From assembly GCA_038207085.1 (NCBI GenBank), contig JBBRAE010000022.1, positions 1 through 46,607 on the forward strand: 46,607 bases of DNA. The letters are read 5' to 3'. Source of the stretch: Armatimonadota bacterium (GTDB lineage Bacteria; Armatimonadota; UBA5829; DTLH01). Below are positions 1-9,117 of the stretch, piece by piece. The number at the start of each line of letters is the position of its first letter. The first letter of the stretch is position 1. The notes under the pieces were generated by a model. It saw nothing but the letters and a program-made list of their open reading frames with translations. It was not told the DNA's origin and made no database searches. The position numbers were made by a program, and so were the translations under genes.

Positions 1-198
1 CCGAGCAAGCGGCTTGCGGTCCTTGGGCTTGCGACCACGCCAGTGAGCTTTCCTGACGTGCTTCTCCACCTCCACAACCTCCAGGACCAACACGAACCGA
101 CGTTCCTTCTCCGTCAACTCACCGATTTCCTCACGCAAATATGGAAACAAAGAACGCTGGACACTACCAAGCAAATATGATATTCTCTCCACAGGCAT
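1..198 (-). mobile_element. Transposase N-terminus, IS5/IS1182-like DDE type, truncated by window edge
   Basis: Not in ORF track. Manual translation from ATG at 198: MPVERISYLLGSVQRSLFPYLREEIGELTEKERRFVLVLEVVEVEKHVRKAHWRGRKPKDRKPLAR. The 'LFP..EE.G.LT...GR.PKDR..LAR' pattern is recalled from IS transposase N-termini. Candidate terminal IR GAGGTTCTTGCAAAATAG (minus strand) ends near 281. Confidence 0.75.
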
Positions 199-354
199 CT
201 ACCGTTATCCTTTCTACTCATTAAAGAATTCGACGGTCGGTGCCTAAAATCCTCATCTTTTTACTATTTTGCAAGAACCTCAGCTGTTAGCTGTTAGGTT
301 TCATGTTTTTAATATTTCGTGCTTTCGTGATGAGAAAAGCCTGACATTACTTAT

Positions 355-1488
355 ATGAGAATAGCTCACATTGCCGATACCCACCTCGGGTATCGCGCCT
401 ACAACAGAACGACGCGGTTTGGCCTGAACGTTCGCGAAGCGGATGTCTTTAACGGCTTTCGTCAGGCGCTTGGGCGGATCGCTGAGATCGCCCCTGACTT
501 GGTGGTTATCGCCGGGGACATGTTCCACGTCGTGAGGCCTTCAAACCTGACGATCGACCAGACCTTCCGGGAGCTTATCAACTTCAGGATGCGCTGCAAC
601 GCGCCTATTGTGTTGATCGGCGGCAACCACGACTCGCCGCGCTCGACCGATACGGGCTGTATTCTGGATTTGTTTAAGAATATCCCTGCTACTTATATCG
701 TCCATAACGAGTTTCAGGCCGTAGAGCTGCCGCAGCTTGATACTACGGTGTTCTGTCTGTGCCACAGAGCGGTGTCGATGCTATCGAGCCTGAAGGTGGA
801 GCCGAATCCCGCGACCAAATACAACGTGCTCGCCATCCACGGCACGCTTGAAGGGGTAGGGAAGCATTTCCAGGATATGGGGACGCCTATCACCCGCGCA
901 CAGATCATCCACGACGGCTGGGACTACATCGCGCTCGGCCACTATCACGTTTTCGAGAAGATGGACGACCGCTGCTACTACTCGGGTTCGCTCGATTACA
1001 CGAGCCCAAACATCTGGGCCGAGCTTGGCGTGTCGAAGGGGTTCATCGAGTTCGATCTTGAGACTCGGGAGCTTGTGAAGTTCCACGAGGCAAAGACCCG
1101 CGAGGTGATCGATCTAAGAGCGATCGACGCCGAGGGAATGTCCGCCGTGCAGCTAAGCGACATCGTTATGCACCGCATCGCCGGAATTCATGGTGGGCAC
1201 CACGAGAAGATCGTCCGTCAGGTGGTAGAAAACGTCCCGCGCGCAATCGTCCCGGACCTCGACTACCGCACGATCCGCCAGATCAGGATGGAAGCGCTGC
1301 ACTACGACCTCCAGCTCCGCCCGCCAAAGAGAGTCGGCCTGACCGAGCGCGAAGGAAGAGACCACCACACCGCGCGACCCTTGGAAGAAGAGTGGCGCGA
1401 GTTCGCGAAAGACTACCCCATTCCCGGCGAGGTCGAGCGAGAAGAGATGGTCGCAAAGGGCGATCGCTATCTGGAAAATGAGAAGTAG
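355..1488 (+). CDS. sbcD: SbcD/Mre11-family metallophosphoesterase nuclease
   Basis: Motifs DTH, GDMFH, GNHD, GHYH; lies upstream of a Rad50-like gene. Confidence 0.93.
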   Translation: MRIAHIADTHLGYRAYNRTTRFGLNVREADVFNGFRQALGRIAEIAPDLVVIAGDMFHVVRPSNLTIDQTFRELINFRMRCNAPIVLIGGNHDSPRSTDTGCILDLFKNIPATYIVHNEFQAVELPQLDTTVFCLCHRAVSMLSSLKVEPNPATKYNVLAIHGTLEGVGKHFQDMGTPITRAQIIHDGWDYIALGHYHVFEKMDDRCYYSGSLDYTSPNIWAELGVSKGFIEFDLETRELVKFHEAKTREVIDLRAIDAEGMSAVQLSDIVMHRIAGIHGGHHEKIVRQVVENVPRAIVPDLDYRTIRQIRMEALHYDLQLRPPKRVGLTEREGRDHHTARPLEEEWREFAKDYPIPGEVEREEMVAKGDRYLENEK

Positions 1489-1496
1489 GACGCTCC

Positions 1497-1633
1497 GTTC
1501 GTCCGGATCTGTGATCCGGGACGAGCTTGCCGGATAGGCATCTGTGATGCCGGTTGATCGGGCATGGTGGATATTACGGGATCACAGATCCCTTACTTGC
1601 CAGCGGGGTTCGGATTGCAAATCCGACCCAACA
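1497..1633. repeat. Cluster of four REP-like short palindromes
   Basis: CGTCCGGATCTGTGATCCGGGACG, GGCATCTGTGATGCC, GGGATCACAGATCCC, CGGATTGCAAATCCG in the sbcD-sbcC spacer. Confidence 0.7.
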
Positions 1634-1670
1634 ATAGGACTCTGACCTCTGCACTCTGAACTTACAAACT

Positions 1671-4118
1671 ATGAAACTAGTATCAATAGAACTGGAAAAC
1701 TTCAGACAGCACCGCTCGACCAAGATCGAGTTTTCGCCCGGCGTGACGGGGATCATCGGCAAGAATGGGTGTGGGAAGACGACCGTACTTGAGGCGATCG
1801 CTTGGGCGCTCTACGGCGGCCCGGCGGTTCGGGGAACCAACGAGACGATTCGCTGTCGCACGGCTGAAGGCAATACGCCTGCGGAGGTGACGCTCAAGTT
1901 TGATCTTGGGCCGCATTCTTATACAGTTACCCGCAGGCTGGAGTCGTCGCGCAGCTCAGCGAGTCTGTCGATCGACGGCGTCCCTGCCAAGACCGGGTTT
2001 AAGGAAGTGACCGAATCTATTACAAAGTTGCTCGGTATGGACTACCAGGCGTTCTTCACGAGCTTCTTTACAGGGCAGAAGGAAATGGAGTTCATGCGTG
2101 GGATGGATGGTCGTTCCCGCGCCGCTGCGATCAGCAAGATGCTCGGCTACGAGCGGCTGGTGCGCGCCCGGGACAAGGCGAACCAGGACAGAATCGGCCT
2201 CGCCCGCGAGATCGAGGCGCTTGAGCGGGGCCTCGGCGACCCCGAAGAGATCATCAGGCGCAAGAACGACGCCGTCGAGTCGGTCACAAACGTCGAAGCC
2301 GACGCAAAATTCGCTGAAAAACGCGCAGCAGAGAGCTCAAAAGAAGTAGAGCGACTAAAGCCGCTTAGAGAGCTTTCCGAGCAGAAATCCAAGAGATATC
2401 AGGACCTCTCAAGGCTCCTTGACGTAAGCCGCGCCGACTTCGCCCGCGCGTCCGAGCGAGTCACCGAGCTTTCCAAAGAAAAAGAAGACCTGACAGCCAA
2501 GGCGATTGAGCTAAACTCGATTGTCCCTCAAATTGACGAATACAAGAAGGCCGGCGCGGAGTATAAGCAGCTCTCCGAACTCCAAAAGCATGAGGCGGCG
2601 CGCACGGATATTCTCGCCAAGTCCGCCGCCGCAGAGGAACGCGTGAAGTCGCTTGCCGAGCAGATGGAGTCGCTCTCAGCGGCACCGGGTGAGTTTGACG
2701 AAGCCGAAAAGTCACTTTCAGAGCTCGGCATTACATTTACAGAGATCGAGTCCAAGATCGAACGCGAGCGTGAAGCGTATTCTTCTTCCAAGGCGACCGT
2801 CAAAGCCGACCTCGAACACATCGCCCGCGAGCGTGCGCAGGTTGCATCGAAGAAGGGGACGGTCGAGTCGGCGGGCAAGGACGGCAAGTGCCCGACCTGC
2901 GAGCGTCCGCTCGTAGACGAGCTTCCCAAGGTGCTCGCGAGCTTTGACGAGCAGATCGTGGCGCTCGACTCGCGCGAGTCCGAGCTTCAGAAGCTCGCCG
3001 AGTCGCTTGCACGCGAACCAGAATCGCTCGCAAAGCTTGCATCTGATCGCCTGGAGATCGAACGCCGCCGAAACGAGATGAGAACTGCGCGGGACCTCGC
3101 GTCGGCCCGTTCGTCCGAGCTGAAGCGCGCGAAGACCGAGCTTGAAGCGAAAAATAGTGAGCTTGCACGCCTGAAGACGGAGCTTGAACAGATACCGTCG
3201 GGGTTCGATCAGAAGCGCTACACCGAGCTTCGAGAAGCTGGCGACAAGCTAAGAGCGTTCTGGGACCGCGGTATCCAGCTTCGGACAGAGCTAAATCGGT
3301 CAGCCGACGTAGAAACCGATCTCACCCGCGAGGAAAAGTCGCTTGCGCAGGCCAAACTTGAGATATCGACCTCAGAAGCCGAACTAAAGCAGCTGGGGTT
3401 CAGCGAAGATGAGCACGCAAAACTCGTCGCTGTCTACGAGCAGGCGGTTGGTGCGCTGAACGCCGCGAACATAGAGGCTGAGCGCGCCAAGGGGTTGCTT
3501 CTTGCTGCCAAGGCGGCGCTAGCTTCGGCTGAGAAGGAGTTCAATTCCTACAAAGCCCGAGAGACAGAGCTTCGCGAAAAGCGAAAGGCCCGTGTAGAAC
3601 TCCAGACCATCGCTGAAGCCTTCGACAACATGCGAAACGAGCTGAACAACCGCGCCGCGCCGGAGCTTGCCGCTGCAGCAAGTGAAATCTTGACCGACCT
3701 GACCGACGGCCGCTACTCCACCCTGGAAGTGAACGAAGATTACGAAGCCGTCATCCGGGACGACGGTGAGCTGAAGCCAATCATCTCAGGCGGGGAAGAA
3801 GATGTCGTCAACCTCGCTCTGCGACTCGCAGTCTCGACGATGATCGCCGACCGCGCCGGGCAGGATCTCTCGCTTCTGATCCTCGATGAGGTCTTCGGCT
3901 CGCTCGACGACATCCGCCGGGACAACGTGGTAAACCTGCTTCAGGCGCTGAAGAACAGGTTCGAGCAGATCATAATCATCACCCACGTCGAGTCGATCCA
4001 CGATGCGCTCGACAACTGCATCTGGATTGACTACGACGAGCGCACAAAGACAAGCTCACTGCGCGCCGAAGACAGCATGGCTGGCGCGTTCGTTGAGGAC
4101 ATCGTGCTGCTTAGTTAG
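1671..4118 (+). CDS. sbcC: SbcC/Rad50 SMC-family ATPase
   Basis: Walker A GKNGCGKT, long coiled coil with central CPTC zinc hook, signature ISGGE, Walker B LILDE, ITH. Confidence 0.93.
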   Translation: MKLVSIELENFRQHRSTKIEFSPGVTGIIGKNGCGKTTVLEAIAWALYGGPAVRGTNETIRCRTAEGNTPAEVTLKFDLGPHSYTVTRRLESSRSSASLSIDGVPAKTGFKEVTESITKLLGMDYQAFFTSFFTGQKEMEFMRGMDGRSRAAAISKMLGYERLVRARDKANQDRIGLAREIEALERGLGDPEEIIRRKNDAVESVTNVEADAKFAEKRAAESSKEVERLKPLRELSEQKSKRYQDLSRLLDVSRADFARASERVTELSKEKEDLTAKAIELNSIVPQIDEYKKAGAEYKQLSELQKHEAARTDILAKSAAAEERVKSLAEQMESLSAAPGEFDEAEKSLSELGITFTEIESKIEREREAYSSSKATVKADLEHIARERAQVASKKGTVESAGKDGKCPTCERPLVDELPKVLASFDEQIVALDSRESELQKLAESLAREPESLAKLASDRLEIERRRNEMRTARDLASARSSELKRAKTELEAKNSELARLKTELEQIPSGFDQKRYTELREAGDKLRAFWDRGIQLRTELNRSADVETDLTREEKSLAQAKLEISTSEAELKQLGFSEDEHAKLVAVYEQAVGALNAANIEAERAKGLLLAAKAALASAEKEFNSYKARETELREKRKARVELQTIAEAFDNMRNELNNRAAPELAAAASEILTDLTDGRYSTLEVNEDYEAVIRDDGELKPIISGGEEDVVNLALRLAVSTMIADRAGQDLSLLILDEVFGSLDDIRRDNVVNLLQALKNRFEQIIIITHVESIHDALDNCIWIDYDERTKTSSLRAEDSMAGAFVEDIVLLS

Positions 4119-5665
4119 TCCGTCCGTATCCGCCAGGAGAGCCTTTCGTACTGCCCGGTAGTCGGGAAGAACGGTGGCGGGCAGGCGGCGAGCCTTGGGT
4201 CGTAGACATAGTTCTTGACGTAACCGGAGGTCGTCTGTCCCGTGCCCGAGTTGAACGTGCCGACCGGTCCTCTATCCTTCTGAATGATCCCTCCAAGCAG
4301 GCTGAGTGTCCCTATGGAGCGACTGTTATAGCTTTGGGCGTAGAAGCTGCCGCTCGTCGTGTTCTGTCCGCCGGAGAGTGTGACTGCGTCGAGTCGCATA
4401 TTGGTGGGACAGGCCGTTGAGATGATCGTGCTCTCCGCGACAAGTCCCATAGTCCCTGCTGCAAGGTTCGACGTGTCGCTCGCGTCTTTGGTCTTGTCCG
4501 GTTTGGTGTGGTAGTAGAGACTGCCGGTCAGGGTTATGTCCTTGCCCGCGTTGACGTCGGTTGCTATTGTGTAAGCCGACCTCTTGGTTATACCGCTCGA
4601 GTTGTACGTATTGTCCGCGATCTCGCCCTGGAGCGAAGTGATATTGCCTGTACAGTAAATAACGCCGTCGGGCAGTTTGCTGATGTTGCCGTCGCTGCCG
4701 GTGCCTTTCACCCCTGACAGTGTCGTGGAGCTTGAACCTAGCAGCACCGTAATTGTTGTAGTGTTGTTCTCCTGAGTGATGAGTATTTTCTGGTTACCGG
4801 AGGCGTCCAGTGTGAATTGAATTGCCGCGTCGCCACGGATGTATATGCCACCGTTCACGCTTGCTCTCAAGTAGACCCCGTTGGTGTTCGGGAATCCCGC
4901 CGAGGAGCCCCAAGCGGCGTTCTTTTGCGCCTCGGTAGTGCTGGGTAGCTCAATTGCAGGGACGCTGAGCTTGTAGCCTTTGCTGCCGTCCGAGAAGATC
5001 TTGCGGAAAGTCGTCTCAGTCGTCGGGCGCGACGGCGTATAGTTGATCGTGTTCCCCGCGGCAGTCACGACATCTTTGAATATCGGCGCGTTTGACCCGT
5101 TGTAGTTTATGTTGAAGTTCGAGTTGTCCTTGTTGTTGCTGTGGACGGGTCCGTCGACGGTTTCCCCGGCTCTCCACCATATCGCGCCGCCTGAGATGCT
5201 GGAAGTTTCTTTGTCGGTGAAGTAGGCGTATCTTCCGAACGATGCCTGCTGTACGACCAGTTCGACCTTCTTAGTTGCGCCTTTGAATGTGCCGGTACAG
5301 ACTATCTGGTATTTCTTGAGAAACACCGTCAAGTTGGAGGCGTCGGGGTAGATTGTTGCCTGATAAGTTCCACCATCGACCGCAACCGCTCCTCCAAACG
5401 GGTCCAACGGCGTGAGCGTCGCCGGTGGGGTAGACATATCTCGGAGCACCTGGTAGCCGTATTCCGCGCCTGACTCCGCCAAGTTGAACGCGATGGCCCT
5501 CTGCTGTTGAGAGCCGTTCAAATGGATCGCCTGGGACGTGACCATAAGCACCCCGGCCGTTGCCGCCGCCACGACGAACATCGCGACGACGACAACAAGG
5601 AGTATAGCTCCGCGATCACCGCGGCTGTGTGATAAACTATGTATATGTTGTCTTGACAAACTCAT
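4115..5665 (-). CDS. PilX-like minor pilin with large C-terminal beta-rich domain (DUF4900-like)
   Basis: RG|AILLVVVV cleavage site without Glu5, 'AFNLAESGAE' PilX-N motif, 'GPVHSN', C-terminal 'YDPRL...PPFFP'. Confidence 0.75.
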   Translation of the reverse strand: MSLSRQHIHSLSHSRGDRGAILLVVVVAMFVVAAATAGVLMVTSQAIHLNGSQQQRAIAFNLAESGAEYGYQVLRDMSTPPATLTPLDPFGGAVAVDGGTYQATIYPDASNLTVFLKKYQIVCTGTFKGATKKVELVVQQASFGRYAYFTDKETSSISGGAIWWRAGETVDGPVHSNNKDNSNFNINYNGSNAPIFKDVVTAAGNTINYTPSRPTTETTFRKIFSDGSKGYKLSVPAIELPSTTEAQKNAAWGSSAGFPNTNGVYLRASVNGGIYIRGDAAIQFTLDASGNQKILITQENNTTTITVLLGSSSTTLSGVKGTGSDGNISKLPDGVIYCTGNITSLQGEIADNTYNSSGITKRSAYTIATDVNAGKDITLTGSLYYHTKPDKTKDASDTSNLAAGTMGLVAESTIISTACPTNMRLDAVTLSGGQNTTSGSFYAQSYNSRSIGTLSLLGGIIQKDRGPVGTFNSGTGQTTSGYVKNYVYDPRLAACPPPFFPTTGQYERLSWRIRTD

Positions 5666-5705
5666 ACCAATATATCCTATAATTGCCTGCTGTCGATGGG
5701 GGTGT

Positions 5706-6245
5706 CTAGTAGTTCCTGAGATAGACTACTCGCTGGGTGAGCTCGGTCTCTTTGTCTCCGTCAGCGGATGAACCTTTGGCCGTTACCGTGATCTTGACCG
5801 ACCTTGCGGTATCCTGCTCGAAGTAGAGGCCGGTGACGTTTCGCTTGATAATTTGTGTGGTGCTGTCCTTGCTCCTCCACAGCCAAGTGCCGATCTTTCC
5901 CTGGGTGCCGGTTTTGTCTGACAGGTAGTAGCATATCTGATGCGCGGCATCGGCTATGTGCCTGTCGTAGTAACCGGTCGACGTGTTCTTTACGGGAAAC
6001 ACGATGGTTAAGTATGCACCGTTTGTTGGTATACTAACGCTCTTGGCTTCGCGCACGTCGTCGACTATTCGGTTCATAGCAATGACCGCATCAGCGTCGG
6101 TGAAGGCCTTGGTAGACGCGCCATCCGCCGTCTTGGTCGCGGTAATGAGCATTCCCATTGTGCATGCCGCGATGAACCCGAAGAGTCCGACTGATATCAT
6201 GACTTCCGTAAGCGTTATGCCCTTGTTGTTTCTGATCTTGCGCAT
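5706..6245 (-). CDS. PilW/PulJ-like prepilin (N-methylation domain)
   Basis: NKG|ITLTEVMISV type IV prepilin signal; middle gene of a triplet. Confidence 0.82.
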   Translation of the reverse strand: MRKIRNNKGITLTEVMISVGLFGFIAACTMGMLITATKTADGASTKAFTDADAVIAMNRIVDDVREAKSVSIPTNGAYLTIVFPVKNTSTGYYDRHIADAAHQICYYLSDKTGTQGKIGTWLWRSKDSTTQIIKRNVTGLYFEQDTARSVKITVTAKGSSADGDKETELTQRVVYLRNY

Positions 6246-6254
6246 AGTATTTTC

Positions 6255-6725
6255 CTAGTCGGCGTTCGATATATAGGCCGAAAGGCTCATCGAGCTGGTT
6301 TTGCTCTCATAGCCGGTAGTTTTCCAGGTGATGGTCGCTGTGACTTTTAGTACCCGCGTGCTCCATGCCACCGTATCGACGTGCAGCGAGGTCGTCGCAT
6401 TCTGCAGGTATTCGGGCACGCTGTCGACTGTTGAAAACGTGTATGGTGAGGATGTTGGGTTCAGGTCGACAATTTCCGCGTCCGAGAGTTCAGTGTAGTT
6501 CAGCCTGCCGAAACCGACTGCGCGAAGCTGGTCGATCTTGTGTTGGCATAGGCTGATGGCCTGGGCGTATTGTCCGTTCATATTGGAGGATTTGTCGGCG
6601 AGCGGCACCGCCGTCGCGAACATGATAATCAGCATGGAAAACACCGCGACTGCGATCATGACCTCAATCAGTGTAAAGCCTTTTCGTCCCGATATGCTTG
6701 ATGATCTCAATGACTTCCTCCACAC
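6255..6725 (-). CDS. PilV-like prepilin
   Basis: RKG|FTLIEVMIAV; C-terminal 'KVTATITW' strand typical of PilV/PulI. Confidence 0.85.
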   Translation of the reverse strand: MWRKSLRSSSISGRKGFTLIEVMIAVAVFSMLIIMFATAVPLADKSSNMNGQYAQAISLCQHKIDQLRAVGFGRLNYTELSDAEIVDLNPTSSPYTFSTVDSVPEYLQNATTSLHVDTVAWSTRVLKVTATITWKTTGYESKTSSMSLSAYISNAD

Positions 6726-6845
6726 AATGCACTTTCAAGTATATGTTTCCACGGCTGCAACCAGGATTACCAAGCAATAATGCTTCATTGCTGCAATTGT
6801 GAGGACATGGGGTTTCCGTCCGATGGAGGTTTGATGGGTGGGAAG

Positions 6846-7724
6846 CTACTTTTCTTCGTAGGGCTTGATGTTTCGCTTGTAGTAGATCGCCCCGATCTGT
6901 GCGCCGAGGATCGTCACAAGCGAGGAATAGTTAATCCACACCAGCAGCAGTATGATCCCCGCAAGCGAGCCGTAGACCGCGCTGTAGTTGGCGATATTGT
7001 TCACATACCAGCTGAACCCATACTTGGCGATCTCCCAGAGCAGTCCTGCAACCGTTCCCCCGGCAAAGGCAGCCCCGCGATGCACGTGGACGTTTGGCAG
7101 CACTTTGTAGATCAGTGTGAACGTGAGGATCGAGAAGCCGATCGGCAGAACATATAAGAGTATGTTCCAGACGAGTCCAAAAGCATCTGACACGCTCCTG
7201 CCGAAGACTACATAGTCCTGGGATCTCACGGCGCTTGCTGCTGCGGTTATCCCAAACGAGGCCACCAGAAGCAACCCGACTATCAAGAGCATGATAATCG
7301 CGATCAGCCTGCTTTTCACAAACCCCCGCATAGGCGCGTCCCAGGCGGTATTGATCGCCATCTCAAGGTTCACAAACGCCTGGCTTCCAGCCCAGAAAAG
7401 AGCTACAAGCCCAATCCCGGTCGCCGCGCCGCTTCCTTTGATGATCTCCTGAAGTAGTGGGACCGTTCCGTTGGCGCCTTCGGCAAGCGCCGGTGAGTAG
7501 TTGTGGACAAACGAAAGAACGGCTTGGTAGGCCTGATCCTGGGACTGCAAAATATAGCCGAACGCAGCCATCGCGAGGAGCAGGAGTGGCGCAAGTGAGA
7601 GAAACACATAAAACGACACAGCCGCAGCCATCATGCCGCTGTTGTCCTCGGCGAACTCTCGAAACAGCTCTTTTGTGAAGTCGGCGCTAGGTTCAAGCCA
7701 TTTTGGGATCTTCATAATAGCCAT
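6846..7724 (-). CDS. YihY/BrkB-family inner membrane protein
   Basis: 'AAAVSFY..LSLAPLL', 'YKVLPN', 'YSAVYGSLAGIILLLVW.NY' motifs; about 6 TM segments. Confidence 0.9.
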   Translation of the reverse strand: MAIMKIPKWLEPSADFTKELFREFAEDNSGMMAAAVSFYVFLSLAPLLLLAMAAFGYILQSQDQAYQAVLSFVHNYSPALAEGANGTVPLLQEIIKGSGAATGIGLVALFWAGSQAFVNLEMAINTAWDAPMRGFVKSRLIAIIMLLIVGLLLVASFGITAAASAVRSQDYVVFGRSVSDAFGLVWNILLYVLPIGFSILTFTLIYKVLPNVHVHRGAAFAGGTVAGLLWEIAKYGFSWYVNNIANYSAVYGSLAGIILLLVWINYSSLVTILGAQIGAIYYKRNIKPYEEK

Positions 7725-7767
7725 AGTTACCCCTGAGCTTCGATATCTACACGTTGGGCCGTACGTA

Positions 7768-7830
7768 GAAAAGGCCCCGGGGTGTCTCGACCCGGGGCCC
7801 TCTCTGGAAAGGAGAGAAAGGGAGTGTCTA
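7768..7830 (-). ncRNA. Putative small RNA copy A (CU-rich 5' tract plus terminator hairpin)
   Basis: Minus strand AGACACTCCCTTTCTCTCCTTTC...GGCCCCGGG-TCGAGACAC-CCCGGGGCC-TTTT; duplicated about 135 bp away. Ends are approximate. Confidence 0.55.
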
Positions 7831-7835
7831 ATTAC

Positions 7836-7863
7836 AAGACTGCCCGGACTCTCATTTTGTTCC
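7836..7863 (-). promoter_or_regulatory. Putative ECF-sigma promoter GGAAC-N18-GTCTT (copy A)
   Basis: Same boxes and spacing as copy B while most of the spacer differs. Confidence 0.6.
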
Positions 7864-7897
7864 GGCTTGGGGAAAGTTTTTCTTTTTTCTTGCAGAC

Positions 7898-7965
7898 AAA
7901 ACTCAAGCGGCCCCGGGGTGTCTCGACCCGGAGCCGCTTTTGAAAGGAGAGAAAGGGAGTGTCTA
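7898..7965 (-). ncRNA. Putative small RNA copy B
   Basis: Same 5' tract and same TCGAGACAC loop; stem AAGCGGCTCCGGG/CCCGGGGCCGCTT differs from copy A but still pairs. Ends are approximate. Confidence 0.55.
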
Positions 7966-7970
7966 AATAT

Positions 7971-7998
7971 AAGACTGTTCAGGCTACCGAAATGTTCC
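7971..7998 (-). promoter_or_regulatory. Putative ECF-sigma promoter GGAAC-N18-GTCTT (copy B)
   Basis: Plus strand AAGAC at 7971-7975 and GTTCC at 7994-7998, 18-nt spacer. Confidence 0.6.
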
Positions 7999-8128
7999 AG
8001 CAGTATATAAGAAAATATTTCCGGTAATTACGCCTGTTTCGTGTTACCCGGTAACGATGCCTGCACCGATTGGTTGGTTCCTAATAGAATAACAGCCATG
8101 GATCGCAATAGCGAACGGAGGATCATCC

Positions 8129-8569
8129 ATGCGTAATCGACGCGGCACAACTCTTATAGATGTTATGGTCGGGCTCGTGCTGCTCACAGTTGCCGGGCTT
8201 GTTTACTCTGCAACGTTCCCCGCCGGGTTCAGGGCGGTGCGGCAGGGTGGTGAGAGCAAGAAGGCGGTAGCTATAGCTCAGGCGAAGATTGAACAGGTCA
8301 AGCTGCTAGGCTATGAAAATTTGAATTATGAAACAATGCAGAGCCAGGGCGTCATAGACTCAGCGTCTGCAACATCTCCCTTTGTGTTCACGTCAGTGGA
8401 GTCTTTGACCACTCAGCTTCCGAACCCCACTGGGACGCTTGCGATTTCCGACTACTCAGTTACCACCAAGCTTGTCGTCGTCACCGTAAACTGGCGAAGC
8501 GACAGCATAACCAGATCGGTTACACTGCGCACGCTGGTTGCCGACAAGAGCACATACAGGGGGTCATGA
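8129..8569 (+). CDS. PilV-like prepilin (second triplet)
   Basis: RRG|TTLIDVMVGL (Asp at +5); GGAGG RBS; visibly paralogous to 6255-6725 (KI.Q....G...LNY, SP..F..V.S....L.N.T, V.VTV.W). Confidence 0.82.
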   Translation: MRNRRGTTLIDVMVGLVLLTVAGLVYSATFPAGFRAVRQGGESKKAVAIAQAKIEQVKLLGYENLNYETMQSQGVIDSASATSPFVFTSVESLTTQLPNPTGTLAISDYSVTTKLVVVTVNWRSDSITRSVTLRTLVADKSTYRGS

Positions 8570-9117
8570 ATATGATCAAGCCCAGTTTCTATAAGAACAG
8601 ACGCGGCTTCACAGTGATCGAGTTGTCGGTGACCATGGTCACGATGGCAATGATCGTTGCGACGCTTGGAGTTATGATGTGTAACGCGCTCAGGGGCTGG
8701 TCCTCGGGTGTAAGCCACGTTGGCGCTGACGCTCGGGTATCGACCGCCGCACACAAGCTCTGGCAGGAGGTGCGGCTCGGCAAGTCTGCTTATACCGTCA
8801 AGGGCACGAGCCTCGGCGACCAACTCTATGTCGTTGTCCCGCCGCTTGTTACGGACGTCAACCACGAAACCTTCTACGACCTGTCCGCAGCCGGGACGAC
8901 ACACCGTTACTATGTAAGCAACGACGTGTTGTATAGGCAGATAGGCACAGGCACAGCCGAGGTATTCGCGCGCGGTATCTCCAGACTCGAAGTCTTTGGC
9001 GTGTCCGGCCCGATGGTTATGGTCCGGCTACTTCGGAGTGTGGATAGAGACGGCGCGGTGACGACCAACGAAGACTACGTGCAGCAGAAGATTCTCATGA
9101 GGAATAGTTTAAACTGA
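8566..9117 (+). CDS. PilW/PulJ-like prepilin (second triplet)
   Basis: RRG|FTVIELSVTM; ATGA overlap with the upstream gene; ends '..MRN' like the 'YLRNY' end of 5706-6245. Confidence 0.8.
   Translation: MNMIKPSFYKNRRGFTVIELSVTMVTMAMIVATLGVMMCNALRGWSSGVSHVGADARVSTAAHKLWQEVRLGKSAYTVKGTSLGDQLYVVVPPLVTDVNHETFYDLSAAGTTHRYYVSNDVLYRQIGTGTAEVFARGISRLEVFGVSGPMVMVRLLRSVDRDGAVTTNEDYVQQKILMRNSLN

Noticed and set aside
355..4118. SMC-based defence system (Wadjet/Lamassu)
   Set aside because: Mre11-type nuclease plus zinc-hook Rad50 with no effector genes is ordinary SbcCD.
6756..6771. Sigma54 promoters for the pilin operons
   Set aside because: Spacing is GG-N11-GC here and at 8050-8065; sigma54 needs N10.
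7768..7998. CRISPR array or coding repeat (ORF 7633-8010)
   Set aside because: Only two units of ~70 conserved nt, no cas genes. The ORF overlaps yihY antisense and has no RBS or protein-like character.
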